In this document: positions 24,447-36,057 of the stretch, piece by piece
How the letters are laid out: every line of letters starts with the position of its first letter
How positions within the stretch are numbered: the first letter of the stretch is position 1
Assembly: GCA_002269645.1 (NCBI GenBank)
Contig: NIVC01004737.1
Location: forward strand, 1 to 36,512
Source of the DNA: Macrostomum lignano
Taxonomy: Eukaryota
Direction: 5' to 3'
DNA: 36,512 bases
Notes under the pieces: model-generated
Told to the model about the DNA's origin: nothing
Databases searched by the model: none
Seen by the model: only the letters and a program-made list of their open reading frames with translations
Translations under genes and position numbers: made by a program

Positions 24447-24602
24447 CGTCATAACAGACGAATTTGTGGCCAAACCGACAGCCGCTATGATGGTAGCGCA
24501 GACCAGGAAGCAGACGAAATCGAATGTCCAACGGCCTTTGTCCATCACGCTGCGGTACACCTGGCTCACCATCAGGCGGGCGCGCATTGAGTCCATGAAT
24601 GC
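24447..24602 (-). CDS. DUF389 family membrane protein, exon 4
   Basis: AFMDSMRARLMVSQVYRSVMDKGRWTFDFVCFLVCATIIAAVGLATNSSVMT; GTCAGT donor. 5' boundary chosen by phase (alternative AG at 24635 is out of phase). Confidence 0.85.
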
Positions 24603-24657
24603 CTGCGATGCATTTGATTGAGAGGGCATTCGGACTGAGAAATAGGGAATTCATAGA

Positions 24658-25093
24658 GCTGGGGCATGGGACAGCTGTAGGTCACAACCAGGGCATGTGA
24701 CGTGTCTGTAGGTCACAACTGGGGCATGTTGTGTGCCTGTAAGTCACAACTGGGGCATGTGCCAGTGCCTGTAGGTCATAACTAGAGTACGAGTATGTGC
24801 CAGTGCCTGTAGGTCACAACCGGGGCATGTGACAGTGCCTGTAGGTCACAACTAGAGCATGTGACAGTGACTGTAGGTCACAACTGGGGCATGTGACAGT
24901 GCCTGTAGGTCATAACTAGAGCATGTGATAGTGACTGTAGGTCACAACTGGGACATGTGACAGTGACTGTAGGTCACAACTGGGACATGTGACAGTGCCT
25001 GTAGGTCACAACTGAGGCATGTGACAGTGCCTGTAGGTCATAACTAGAGCATGTGACAGTGACTGTAGGTCACAACTGGGACATGTGACAGTG
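24658..25093. repeat. 32-bp minisatellite (~13 copies), DUF389 intron 3
   Basis: Unit GTAGGTCACAACTGGGGCATGTGACAGTGCCT; ends 12 bp from the donor at 25105. Confidence 0.95.
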
Positions 25094-25105
25094 TCTTCAC
25101 CGCAC

Positions 25106-25396
25106 CTGCATCCGGCCTTCATCGCCATCCGCCTCGTCGTCGTCATCGTCGCCGCTGCCGCCGCCGGGTTTGCCGGCGCCGAGGCCCGCCTTGTCCCGGC
25201 CGGTGCGACTAACAGTGGGATTAAACAGATTAACGCTAGTATTGTGCCGACGCCCGATGCCCAGAGTGACAAGCCGGCTAAGAAGCATCTCGGCAGTTTT
25301 AGCCGGGCACAGGCAGACAATCTGTACGAACAGGCCTTTGCTCATCGGCATCAGAGTGTAGTTCAGCGAGTTGAACTCCAGCTCAACGCGGACGAT
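25106..25396 (-). CDS. DUF389 family membrane protein, exon 3
   Basis: 291 bp, phase 0/0. IVRVELEL...CPAKTAEMLLSRLVTLGIGRRHNTSVNLFNPTV, like the LLxRLxxxGIG N-terminal motif of animal DUF389 proteins, followed by an acidic/Gly linker. Confidence 0.82.
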
Positions 25397-25691
25397 CTGT
25401 GTATGGAGAATGGCGCTCAGAGGATATGAAGTGAGAGCACAATTGATACATTTATCTCAGAATTTGGTGGCCACCACAGATACAATAGCTAGATGCGTCA
25501 CACGAAATTAGTTACAAAAAATTAGCAGCGCCTACTATTTTATCAGTAGCTTATCTGCGCAGTGTCACTAAAATTTATTGTGGCAGCTAAATTTTCCTTT
25601 CCTTCCTCAGGATTTGCGGCCTCGGAGCATATGGGGCTGAGAATTAACAGCAAGAATTTAACTCGATGTACACTAGTGAACGCAAGACAGA

Positions 25692-26330
25692 CGAAACTCA
25701 GCCTAGGGGCAAAACCTAATTGAGTAAATTAGATCAGCCAATAAGAGAGCAGTAAGGAGAGAGGTTAAAGTCAGACAAACGAAACTCAGCCTAGGGGGCA
25801 GGCCCAATCTAGCTCAGCCAATAAGAGAGCAGTAAGGAGAGAGGTTAAAGTCAGACAAATGAAACTCAGCCTAGGGGGCAGGCCCAATCTAGCTCAGCCA
25901 ATAAGAGAGCAGTAAGGAGAGAGGTTAAAGTCAGACAAATGAAACTCAGCCTAGGGGGCAGGCCCAATCTAGCTCAGCCAATAAGAGAGCAGTAAGGAGA
26001 GAGGTTAAAGTCAGACAAACGAAACTCAGCCTAGGGGCAGGCCCAATCTAGCTCAGCCAATAAGAGAGCAGTAAGGAGAGAGGTTAAAGTCAGACAAATG
26101 AAACTCAGCCTAGGGGGCAGGCCCAATCTAGCTCAGCCAATAAGAGAGCAGTAAGGAGAGAGGTTAAAGTCAGACAAACGAAACTCAGCCTAGGGGGCAG
26201 GCCCAATCTAGCTCAGCCAATAAGAGAGCAGTAAGGAGCGAGGTTAAAGGCAGACAAACGAAACTCAGCACAGGGGGCAGGCCCAATCTAGCTTAGCCAA
26301 TAAGAGAGCAGTAAGGAGAGAGGTAGGCAG
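25692..26330. repeat. 80-bp tandem repeat (~8 copies), DUF389 intron 2
   Basis: GAAACTCAGC anchors at 25781, 25861, 25941, 26021, 26100, 26180, 26260. Confidence 0.95.
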
Positions 26331-26516
26331 ACACAAGCGGGCAAGAGGATAAATCTTTTGAGATAAGTTTCTATTTATACGAGAAGTGAGCCGTTGCTCA
26401 AATTCCGAGCCATTTTTTAGCTCCGAGTACTTGCTGCCTTTATTCATACGGCTCATTATCTCGACTAAGATAGCATGTTGACTCATCGCTGACTCAGCGG
26501 CCCCAGCAATACGCAC

Positions 26517-27023
26517 CTCGGTAGGAGTTAGCGCTCGGTTGTGTTTCCTCGACAGCCGTTCAACCCGTTGGATACTTTTCTGATTAGTAGCTTGATAGTC
26601 AAAATCAGCTGAATCGGTTCCGCCCGCGCTGCTGCTGGTGCCCGAGGTGATCGAGGCGGCCGAGCCTGCCCGTTCGAGCATCTCAACGGCGTTGGCGCTG
26701 TTCACCGACTCGATGTTGAAACCGACGTGTCGATCGGAAACTGGCGATAAAGGCGGCTTCAGAGCCGATTTTGGCTGCTGCTGCTGCTGCTGCTGATCCG
26801 ACTGGTTCGATGGCTCGGTGGGCACCAGCGGCTTCTGCTGCGATTCGGATTCGCTGACAGCGACGCTCTCCGCTGAGCCGACAGTAGCGGCCACAGTAGC
26901 GGCGGCAGCGGCGGCCACAGTCTCGGTGGCCACTTTGGCCAAGGAGCCGCTTGTAGTAGAATTGCTGACCACGGTGGAACCCCCGCTGGCAACTCCGGCG
27001 TCCGAAGAAGACCCGGTGAGGTG
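26517..27023 (-). CDS. DUF389 family membrane protein, exon 2 (low-complexity)
   Basis: 507 bp, phase 0/0. GCGACAG acceptor, GAG/GTGCGT donor. Ala/Ser/Gln-rich, ending RVERLSRKHNRALTPTE. Confidence 0.72.
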
Positions 27024-27284
27024 CTGTCGCGGGTTTTCAGTTGGCGATAAAAATACTGTATTACGCTATAGTTTAAGTCTAACAAGTCAGACGCGGCTTT
27101 AAACACGGACAGCCGCTTGTCAACCTCTATATTATACATTATTAGTTTAGTTATTGTGTTACTTATATTACGCTCGTACCTCAAGCCGTTTAAAGCTTTT
27201 GTTTCTCTGGTTAAAAAGCCAGCATTCATTCTGCAGAACTTAATTTCTGGGCTTGGTGCTTTTTTTAATGAAATTATCAGCCTG

Positions 27285-30200
27285 ATTAGATTTATTGTCT
27301 ATAGCCGAGTGCAGTTCTGTGGCAGTGGCTTTTATTGGATTTATTGTCTGTGGCCTAGTGCAGTTCTGTGTTAGTGGCTTGTATTGGATTTATTGTCTGT
27401 GGCCGAGTGCAGTTCTGTGTTAGTGGCTTGTATTGGATTTATTGTCTGTGGCCGAGTGCAGTTCTGTGGCAGTGGCTTGTATTGAATTTATTGTCTATGA
27501 CCGAGTGCAGTTCTGTGGCAGTGGCTTTTATTGGATTTATTGTCTGTGGCCTAGTGCAGTTCTGTGGCAGTGGCTAGTATTGGATTTATTGTCTATGGCC
27601 GAGTGCAGTTCTGTGGCAGTGGCTAGTATTGGATTTATTGTCTGTGGCTGAGTGCAGTTCTGTGGCAGTGGCTAGTATTGGATTTATTGTCTATGGCCGA
27701 GTGCAGTTCTGTGGCAGTGGCTTTTATTGGATTTATTGTCTAAGGCCGAGTGCAGTTCTGTGGCAGTGGCTAGTATTGGATTTATTGTCTGTGGCTGAGT
27801 GCAGTTCTGTGGCAGTGGCTAGTATTGGATTTATTGTCTATGGCCGAGTGCAGTTCTGTGGCAGTGGCTAGTATTGGATTTATTGTCTATGGCCGAGTGC
27901 AGTTCTGTGGCAGTGGCTTTTATTGGATTTATTGTCTATGGCCTAGTGCAGTTCTGTGGCAGTGGCTAGTATTGGATTTATTGTCTATGGCCGAGTGCAG
28001 TTCTGTGTTAGTGGCTTGTATTGGATTTATTGTCTGTGGCCGAGTGCAGTTCTGTGGCAGTGGCTTGTATTGGATTTATTGTCTGTGGCTGAGTGCAGTT
28101 CTGTGGCAGTGGCTTGTATTGGATTTATTGTCTATGGCCTAGTGCAGTTCTGTGGCAGTGGCTTGTATTGGATTTATTGTCTATGGCCGAGTGCAGTTCT
28201 GTGGCAGTGGCTTGTATTGGATTTATTGTCTGTGGCCGAGTGCAGTTCTGTGGCAGTGGCTTTTATTGGATTTATTGTCTGTGGCCGAGTGCAGTTCTGT
28301 GTCAGTGGCTTTTATTGGATTTATTGTCAATGGCCTAGTGCAGTTCTGTGGCAGTGGCTAGTATTGGATTTATTGTCTATGGCCGAGTGCAGTTCTGTGT
28401 TAGTGGCTTGTATTGGATTTATTGTCTGTGGCCGAGTGCAGTTCTGTGGCAGTGGCTTGTATTGGATTTATTGTCTGTGGCTGAGTGCAGTTCTGTGTTA
28501 GTGGCTTGTATTGGATTTATTGTCTATGGCCTAGTGCAGTTCTGTGGCAGTGGCTAGTATTGGATTTATTGTCTATGGCCGAGTGCAGTTCTGTGGCAGT
28601 GGCTAGTATTGGATTTATTGTCTATGGCCGAGTGCAGTTCTGTGGCAGTGGCTTTTATTGGATTTATTGTCTGTGGCCGAGTGCAGTTCTGTGGCAGTGG
28701 CTTTTATTGGATTTATTGTCTATGGCCTAGTGCAGTTCTGTGGCAGTGGCTTTTATTGGATTTATTGTCTATGGCCTAGTGCAGTTCTGTGGCAGTGGCT
28801 TTTATTGGATTTATTGTCTGTGGCCGAGTGCAGTTCTGTGGCAGTGGCTTTTATTGGATTTATTGTCTGTGGCCGAGTGCAGTTCTGTGGCAGTGGCTTG
28901 TATTGGATTTATTGTCTGTGGCCGAGTGCATTTCTGTGTCCGTGGCTTTTATTGGATTTATTGTCTGTGGCCGAGTGCAGTTCTGTAGCAGTGGCTTTTA
29001 TTTGATTTATTGTCTGTGGCCGAGTGCAGTTCTGTGACAGTGGCTAGTATTGGATTTATTGTCTATGGCCGAGTGCAGTTCTGTGTTAGTGGCTTGTATT
29101 GGATTTATTGTCTGTGGCCGAGTGCAGTTCTGTGGCAGTGGCTTGTATTGGATTTATTGTCTGTGGCCGAGTGCAGTTCTGTGTCAGTGGCTTTTATTTG
29201 ATTTATTGTCTGTGGCCGAGTGCAGTTCTGTGTCAGTGGCTTTTATTTGATTTATTGTCTGTGGCCGAGTGCAGTTCTGTGGCAGTGGCTTGTATTGGAT
29301 TTATTGTCTGTGGCCGAGTGCATTTCTGTGTCCGTGGCTTTTATTGGATTTATTGTCTGTGGCCGAGTGCAGTTCTGTGGCAGTGGCTTTTATTGGATTT
29401 ATTGTCTGTGGCCGAGTGCAGTTCTGTGACAGTGGCTAGTATTGGATTTATTGTCTATGGCCGAGTGCAGTTCTGTGTTAGTGGCTAGTATTGGATTTAT
29501 TGTCTATGGCCGAGTGCAGTTCTGTGGCAGTGGCTTTTATTGGATTTATTGTCTATGGCCTAGTGCAGTTCTGTGGCAGTGGCTAGTATTGGATTTATTG
29601 TCTATGGCCGAGTGCAGTTCTGTGTTAGTGGCTTGTATTGGATTTATTGTCTGTGGCCGAGTGCAGTTCTGTGGCAGTGGCTTGTATTGGATTTATTGTC
29701 TGTGGCTGAGTGCAGTTCTGTGGCAGTGGCTTGTATTGGATTTATTGTCTATGGCCTAGTGCAGTTCTGTGGCAGTGGCTTGTATTGGATTTATTGTCTA
29801 TGGCCGAGTGCAGTTCTGTGGCAGTGGCTTTTATTGGATTTATTGTCTGTGGCCGAGTGCAGTTCTGTGGCAGTGGCTTTTATTGGATTTATTGTCTGTG
29901 GCCGAGTGCAGTTCTGTGTCAGTGGCTTTTATTGGATTTATTGTCAATGGCCTAGTGCAGTTCTGTGGCAGTGGCTAGTATTGGATTTATTGTCTATGGC
30001 CGAGTGCAGTTCTGTGTTAGTGGCTAGTATTGGATTTATTGTCTGTGGCCGAGTGCAGTTCTGTGTTAGTGGCTTGTATTGGATTTATTGTCTATGGCCG
30101 AGTGCAGTTCTGTGGCAGTGGCTTGTATTGGATTTATTGTCTGTGGCTGAGTGCAGTTCTGTGTTAGTGGCTTGTATTGGATTTATTGTCTATGGCCGAG

Positions 30201-33200
30201 TGCAGTTCTGTGGCAGTGGCTTGTATTGGATTTATTGTCTATGGCCGAGTGCAGTTCTGTGGCAGTGGCTTGTATTGGATTTATTGTCTGTGGCCGAGTG
30301 TAGTTCTGTGGCAGTGGCTTTTATTGGATTTATTGTCTGTGGCCGAGTGCAGGTCTGTGGCAGTGGCTTGTATTGGATTTATTGTCTGTGGCCGAGTGCA
30401 GTTCTGTGACAGTGGCTTTTATTTGATTTATTGTCTGTGGCCGAGTGCAGTTCTGTGACAGTGGCTTTTATTTGATTTATTGTCTGTGGCCGAGTGCAGT
30501 TCTGTGACAGTGGCTTTTATTTGATTTATTGTCTGTGGCCGAGTGCAGTTCTGTGTTAGTGGCTTGTATTGGATTTATTGTCTATGGCCGAGTGCAGTTC
30601 TGTGGCAGTGGCTTGTATTGGATTTATTGTCTGTGGCTGAGTGCAGTTCTGTGTTAGTGGCTTGTATTGGATTTATTGTCTATGGCCGAGTGCAGTTCTG
30701 TGGCAGTGGCTTGTATTGGATTTATTGTCTATGGCCGAGTGCAGTTCTGTGGCAGTGGCTTGTATTGGATTTATTGTCTGTGGCCGAGTGCAGTTCTGTG
30801 GCAGTGGCTTTTATTGGATTTATTGTCTGTGGCCGAGTGCAGTTCTGTGTCAGTGGCTTTTATTGGATTTATTGTCAATGGCCTAGTGCAGTTCTGTGGC
30901 AGTGGCTAGTATTGGATTTATTGTCTATGGCCGAGTGCAGTTCTGTGTTAGTGGCTAGTATTGGATTTATTGTCTGTGGCCGAGTGCAGTTCTGTGTTAG
31001 TGGCTTGTATTGGATTTATTGTCTATGGCCGAGTGCAGTTCTGTGGCAGTGGCTTGTATTGGATTTATTGTCTGTGGCTGAGTGCAGTTCTGTGTTAGTG
31101 GCTTGTATTGGATTTATTGTCTATGGCCGAGTGCAGTTCTGTGGCAGTGGCTTGTATTGGATTTATTGTCTATGGCCGAGTGCAGTTCTGTGGCAGTGGC
31201 TTGTATTGGATTTATTGTCTGTGGCCGAGTGCAGTTCTGTGGCAGTGGCTTTTATTGGATTTATTGTCTGTGGCCGAGTGCAGTTCTGTGGCAGTGGCTT
31301 GTATTGGATTTATTGTCTGTGGCCGAGTGCAGTTCTGTGGACAGTGGCTTTTATTTGATTTATTGTCTGTGGCCGAGTGCAGTTCTGTGACAGTGGCTTT
31401 TATTTGATTTATTGTCTGTGGCCGAGTGCAGTTCTGTGACAGTGGCTTTTATTTGATTTATTGTCTGTGGCCGAGAGCAGTTCTGTGGCAGTGGCTAGTA
31501 TTGGATTTATTGTCTATGGCCGAGTGCAGTTCTGTGTTAGTGGCTAGTATTGGATTTATTGTCTGTGGGAGTGCAGTTCTGTGGAGTGGCTTGTATTGGA
31601 TTTATTGTCTATGGCCGAGTGCAGTTCTGTGGCAGTGGCTTGTATTGGATTTATTGTCTGTGGCTGAGTGCAGTTCTGTGTTAGTGGCTTGTATTGGATT
31701 TATTGTCTATGGCCGAGTGCAGTTCTGTGGCAGTGGCTTGTATTGGATTTATTGTCTATGGCCGAGTGCAGTTCTGTGGCAGTGGCTTGTATTGGATTAT
31801 TGTCTGTGGCCGAGTGCAGTTCTGTGGCAGTGGCTTTTATTGGATTTATTGTCTGTGGCCGAGTGCAGTCTGTGGCAGTGGCTTGTATTGGATTTATTGT
31901 CTGTGGCGAGTGCAGTTCTGTGACAGTGGCTTTATTGATTTATTGTCTGTGGCCGAGTGCAGTTCTGTGACAGTGGCTTTTATTTGATTTATTGTCTGTG
32001 GCCGAGTGCAGTTCTGTGACAGTGGCTTTTATTAGATTTATTGTCTGTGGCCGAGTGCAGTTCTGTGTTAGTGGCTTGTATTGGATTTATTGTCTATGGC
32101 CGAGTGCAGTTCTGTGGCAGTGGCTTGTATTGGATTTATTGTCTGTGGCCGAGTGCAGTTCTGTGTTAGTGGCTTGTATTGGATTTATTGTCTATGGCCG
32201 AGTGCAGTTCTGTGGCAGTGGCTTGTATTTGGATTTATTGTCTGTGGCCGAGTGCAGTTCTGTGGCAGTGGCTTTGTATTGGATTTATTGTCTGTGGCCG
32301 AGTGCAGTTCTGTGGCAGTGGCTTTTATTGATTTATTGTCTGTGGCCGAGTGCAGGTCTGTGGCAGTGGCTTGTATTGGATTTATTGTCTGTGGCCGAGT
32401 GCAGTTCTGTGACAGTGGCTTTTATTTGATTTATTGTCTGTGGCCGAGTGCAGTTCTGTGACAGTGGCTTTTATTGATTTATTGTCTGTGGCCGAGTGCA
32501 GTTCTGTGACAGTGGCTTTTATTTGATTTATTGTCTGTGGCCGAGTGCAGTTCTGTGGCAGTGGCTTTTATTGGATTTATTGTCTGTGGCCGAGTGCAGT
32601 CTGTGGCAGTGGCTTGTATTGGATTTATTGTCTGTGGCCGAGTGCAGTTCTGTGACAGTGGCTTTTATTTGATTTATTGTCTGTGGCCGAGTGCAGTTCT
32701 GTGACAGTGGCTTGTATTGGATTTATTGTCTGTGGCCGAGTGCAGTTCTGTGGCAGTGGCTTTATTGATTTATTGTCTGTGGCCGAGTGCAGTTCTGTGG
32801 CAGTGGCTTTTATTGGATTTATTGTCTGTGGCCGAGTGCAGTTCTGTGGCAGTGGCTTTTATTTGATTTATTGTCTGTGGCCGAGTGCAGTTCTGTGGCA
32901 GTGGCTTTATTTGATTTATTGTCTGTGGCCGAGTGCAGTTCTGTGACAGTGGCTTTTATTTGATTTATTGTCTGTGGCCGAGTGCAGTTCTGTGACAGTG
33001 GCTTTTATTGATTTATTGTCTGTGGCCGAGTGCAGTTCTGTGGCAGTGGCTTTTATTGATTTATTGTCTGTGGCCGAGTGCAGTTCTGTGACAGTGGCTT
33101 TTATTTGATTTATTGTCTGTGGCCGAGTGCAGTTCTGTGACAGTGGCTTTTATTTGATTTATTGTCTGTGGCCGAGTGCAGTTTCTGTGACAGTGGCTTT

Positions 33201-33620
33201 TATTTGGATTTATTGTCTGTGGCCGAGTGCAGTTCTGTGGCAGTGGCTTTATTGGATTTATTGTCTGTGGCCGAGTGCAGTTCTGTGACAGTGGCTTTAT
33301 TGATTTATTGTCTGTGGCCGAGTGCAGTTCTGTGACAGTGGCTTTTATTGATTTATTGTCTGTGGCCGAGTGCAGTTCTGTGACAGTGGCTAGTATTGGA
33401 TTTATTGTCTGTGGCCGAGTGCATTCTGTGGCAGTGGCTTGTATTGGATTTATTGTCTGTGGCCGAGTGCAGTTCTGTGGCAGTGGCTTGTATTGGATTT
33501 ATTGTCTGTGGCCGAGTGCAGTTCTGTGAGTGGCTTGTATTGATTTATTGTCTGTGGCCTAGTGCAGTTCTGTGGCAGTGGCTTTTATTGGATTTATTGT
33601 CTGTGGCCGAGTGCAGTTCT
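27285..33620. repeat. 49-bp satellite, ~129 copies, 6.3 kb, DUF389 intron 1
   Basis: Unit ATTGGATTTATTGTCTRTGGCCGAGTGCAGTTCTGTGGCAGTGGCTTGT with recurrent variants and higher-order blocks. Confidence 0.98.
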
Positions 33621-34129
33621 CTGACAGTACCTGCTGCTCCCGCGAAGGGGAGGATTCTGCACTTAATCGGTTTAATTATCAACTTGAATGACAAAAGCAG
33701 AAGTAAATCAAGTGAAAGTTGACTGGTGGTATGCAGCAAAGGATACCGGGCATACTGATAAAGAATGCCAATTTCGCAGCTTTTTTTTACCATAGACAGC
33801 GGTTCTGCTTGCTGACCGTCGGCACAAATTCAATGTACTGTAAGAAGCAGTTTTAGTTGGATTAAAGCTACTTGGGTGGAAACTTTAACATGTTGCTGGG
33901 TGTAGTTGTAGGTAAAAGGAACACCCTTTTAAGGAATTAAGGAAAGTAAAAAAATTACACGCACTAGGGATAGAGACGCAGGAAAATATGATTCTATTCG
34001 AATATTCGCCATTCACCATAAAAACTGTTGCATTTCCCGCCAGCCCAGTAGAAACAAATGATACAATAACATACAATAGAGAAAGGACAATAAGAAGCTA
34101 GTTAACATTTAACAATTAAAAGTGCATTC

Positions 34130-34346
34130 AGCTTGTGGCTTACGCGATTCCGTCTGTAACGAAGACGCTGTAAAAACACGTACGATAACAGTAAGTTGCT
34201 AGTTCGATTTTAGTAAACTTTAGAGCCGTTATAAACTGTCTAATTTCATTAAATAAATGGTTAACTGTGCACCCTGTGTGAGCGTGTGTATGAGTGCGTG
34301 TCTGTGTACAGTAATGACGCGCTTGTATTGTGCTCAGGAGTCTGCC
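34130..34346 (+). mobile_element. Diverged relative of the 7817-8175 SINE
   Basis: Collinear shared blocks CTTTAGAGCC, CTGT(G/A)CAC..CCTGTGTGAG.GTGTG, CGCGCTTGTAT, TGCTCAGG..AGTC; degenerate B box AGTTCGATT. Aligned by eye. Confidence 0.45.
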
Positions 34347-34407
34347 TTCAGCGTTGTTTCTTTATGATTTATGATCATTATGACTGTTTGATTAGCTGTC
34401 AACTCAC

Positions 34408-34596
34408 CGCATTCTTCACAGCGTCGCTGCTGTTTACTTCGCCATCAAATTCATTGTTATTCTCGCCGGCAGATGTTGCCGCATTGTTGGCAGCTGCGCT
34501 ATTAACACCGTCATCATCATCGTCAAGCAGGTGAGTCGGATCCAAGTCGCTGTCTAACTGCTTCGGCAGAGTCACAACAAACATGCAATTCGGCAT
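34408..34596 (-). CDS. DUF389 family membrane protein, exon 1 (CDS total 2289 bp, ~762 aa)
   Basis: MPNCMFVVTLPKQ then Asp/Asn-rich stretch; GCG/GTGAGT donor, phase 0 matching exon 2. Alternative upstream ATG at 34650. Confidence 0.68.
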
Positions 34597-34836
34597 TGGA
34601 AACGGCTCGGATGCCGCTTGACAACCAAGCGCTGAAAGTTGCGCAATCATGAGGACAAGTTCAGATGATTGATTTTACCAAATGGGATGCTAGGGGACTT
34701 TGCACTCTACTTCTCATATGAGATTTCATTCTATTCTACATTTACTTTTACTGAATCTCAACCCAAATTGTATACCTTTGCACAAGGCACATCTCATGGA
34801 GATCTATGGACTCTAAGGGCCGTGTATGATGTAGAT

Positions 34837-34984
34837 CAGGGGTAGAACATGCCCCTCAAAGCCTCTCTATCCGGCCCTCGGGTGCTTTGAACTTCCCTCT
34901 ACTTTTCCCTCTCCTATCTGGCCCGCAGCCATGAGCTGGATTCTTTATCTGGCCTTTGAGGTAAAAATAGTTTGCGGACCCCTT
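34837..34984. mobile_element. hAT (Charlie-like) MITE, 148 bp
   Basis: Ends CAGGGGT... / ...GTTTGCGGACCCCTT, internal GGCCC(G/T)C motifs. Flanks ATGTAGAT / ATTTAGAT (7/8 TSD). Confidence 0.65.
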
Positions 34985-35875
34985 ATTTAGATTAGAGCTG
35001 TTAATGGGCCGCTTATTGAGGGCCGATTCCTGACCTTATTTTGTCACAATGGTAGACAATCTACATTGTCTATCTCCAAAACCATATACACAATCTACCA
35101 TTACGAAGGCGCCTAAGGTGGTGATAAATAAAAAGTCATAAGACAAACTAGCTGTATTCACAAACTTTAAAACGAGACTGACCTTTCATGAGAGGCTTTT
35201 TTACTGCAATAATTTCCAACTTGGCTTAACAGTCAATTAGAATAAAACAATGTTTAATGTTTGGAAATGAAACATTCTACTTACTTTCATCGTTATTTTA
35301 ATCGATATATTGAAATAAAATCAAATATCACAGGAGTATAGAACAGGGTGTATTATAGATACAAATAAGTGATATTATATAAATAAATAATGAGACAATT
35401 TCTCTCACCGATTAAACACAATAGTGCAGGTCGGGCATGCGACTATTCGAAGCACTGAATACATAATAAACAAACAGGAGATCAAACAAAGATAAAAAAC
35501 TGTAAAAAGAACCCACTAAGAATACAGCGTGGGACATGGAAGCAATCAAATGGAAGAACGAAATTCTCTTTTAAAAAGACGGGGCAAGTTTTTCTAAATA
35601 AATATTGTATAAAAATCCCAGATAGATATTGAACTTATAATAGCTTATTCCAAGTAAATTGAGCCTAGCAGCAAGCATGTTTATTGCTGTTCATTGTCTA
35701 TGGCCAAAATGGGTTTGCGGAGAACAGACTACAGACTCCCTTTTCAGCCATAGACAATGGAGATGATACACGGCTTTTGAGGGTGAGAGGTTTTTTCATA
35801 GACACGCCCTGAAGCAAATTCAGGGGAAAATATTTTTTCATCTCTCCTAGTGGCTTGTGGAGGAATGAATGAGAG

Positions 35876-36057
35876 CAGGGGCGGATCTAAGGGGAGGGGC
35901 GGCCCACTTGTAGCTGGCGATGATGGCGCCCTTTTTCTTTGGGCTAAAAAAGGTCCTTACCGCCCTCAGTTTGCTCAGTATGGCGCCCCTCTCGTCTATA
36001 TTATGGCGCTCCTTTCGTGTATACTAGGGCGTCCCACTCATGGTTAAAATCCGCCTC
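35876..36057. mobile_element. Possible PIF/Harbinger-like MITE
   Basis: Imperfect ends GGGGCGGATCTAA / TTAAAATCCGCCTC with internal ATGGCGCCC repeats; no clear TSD. Confidence 0.35.

Noticed and set aside
25085-25429. Plus-strand 114-aa ORF with signal-peptide-like start
   Set aside because: Antisense shadow of GC-rich DUF389 exon 3, which has homology and in-phase splice sites.
18315-33620. CRISPR-like arrays
   Set aside because: Repeats are head-to-tail with no unique spacers, no cas genes, and the context is eukaryotic.
33633-33658. Possible 26-nt micro-exon in DUF389 intron 1 (TGCAG...CAG/GTACTG)
   Set aside because: Length is not a multiple of 3 between two phase-0 junctions, so it would break the frame.
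27368-33722. Dozens of Cys/Trp-rich plus-strand ORFs
   Set aside because: Artefacts of the 49-bp satellite; each frame hits stops periodically.
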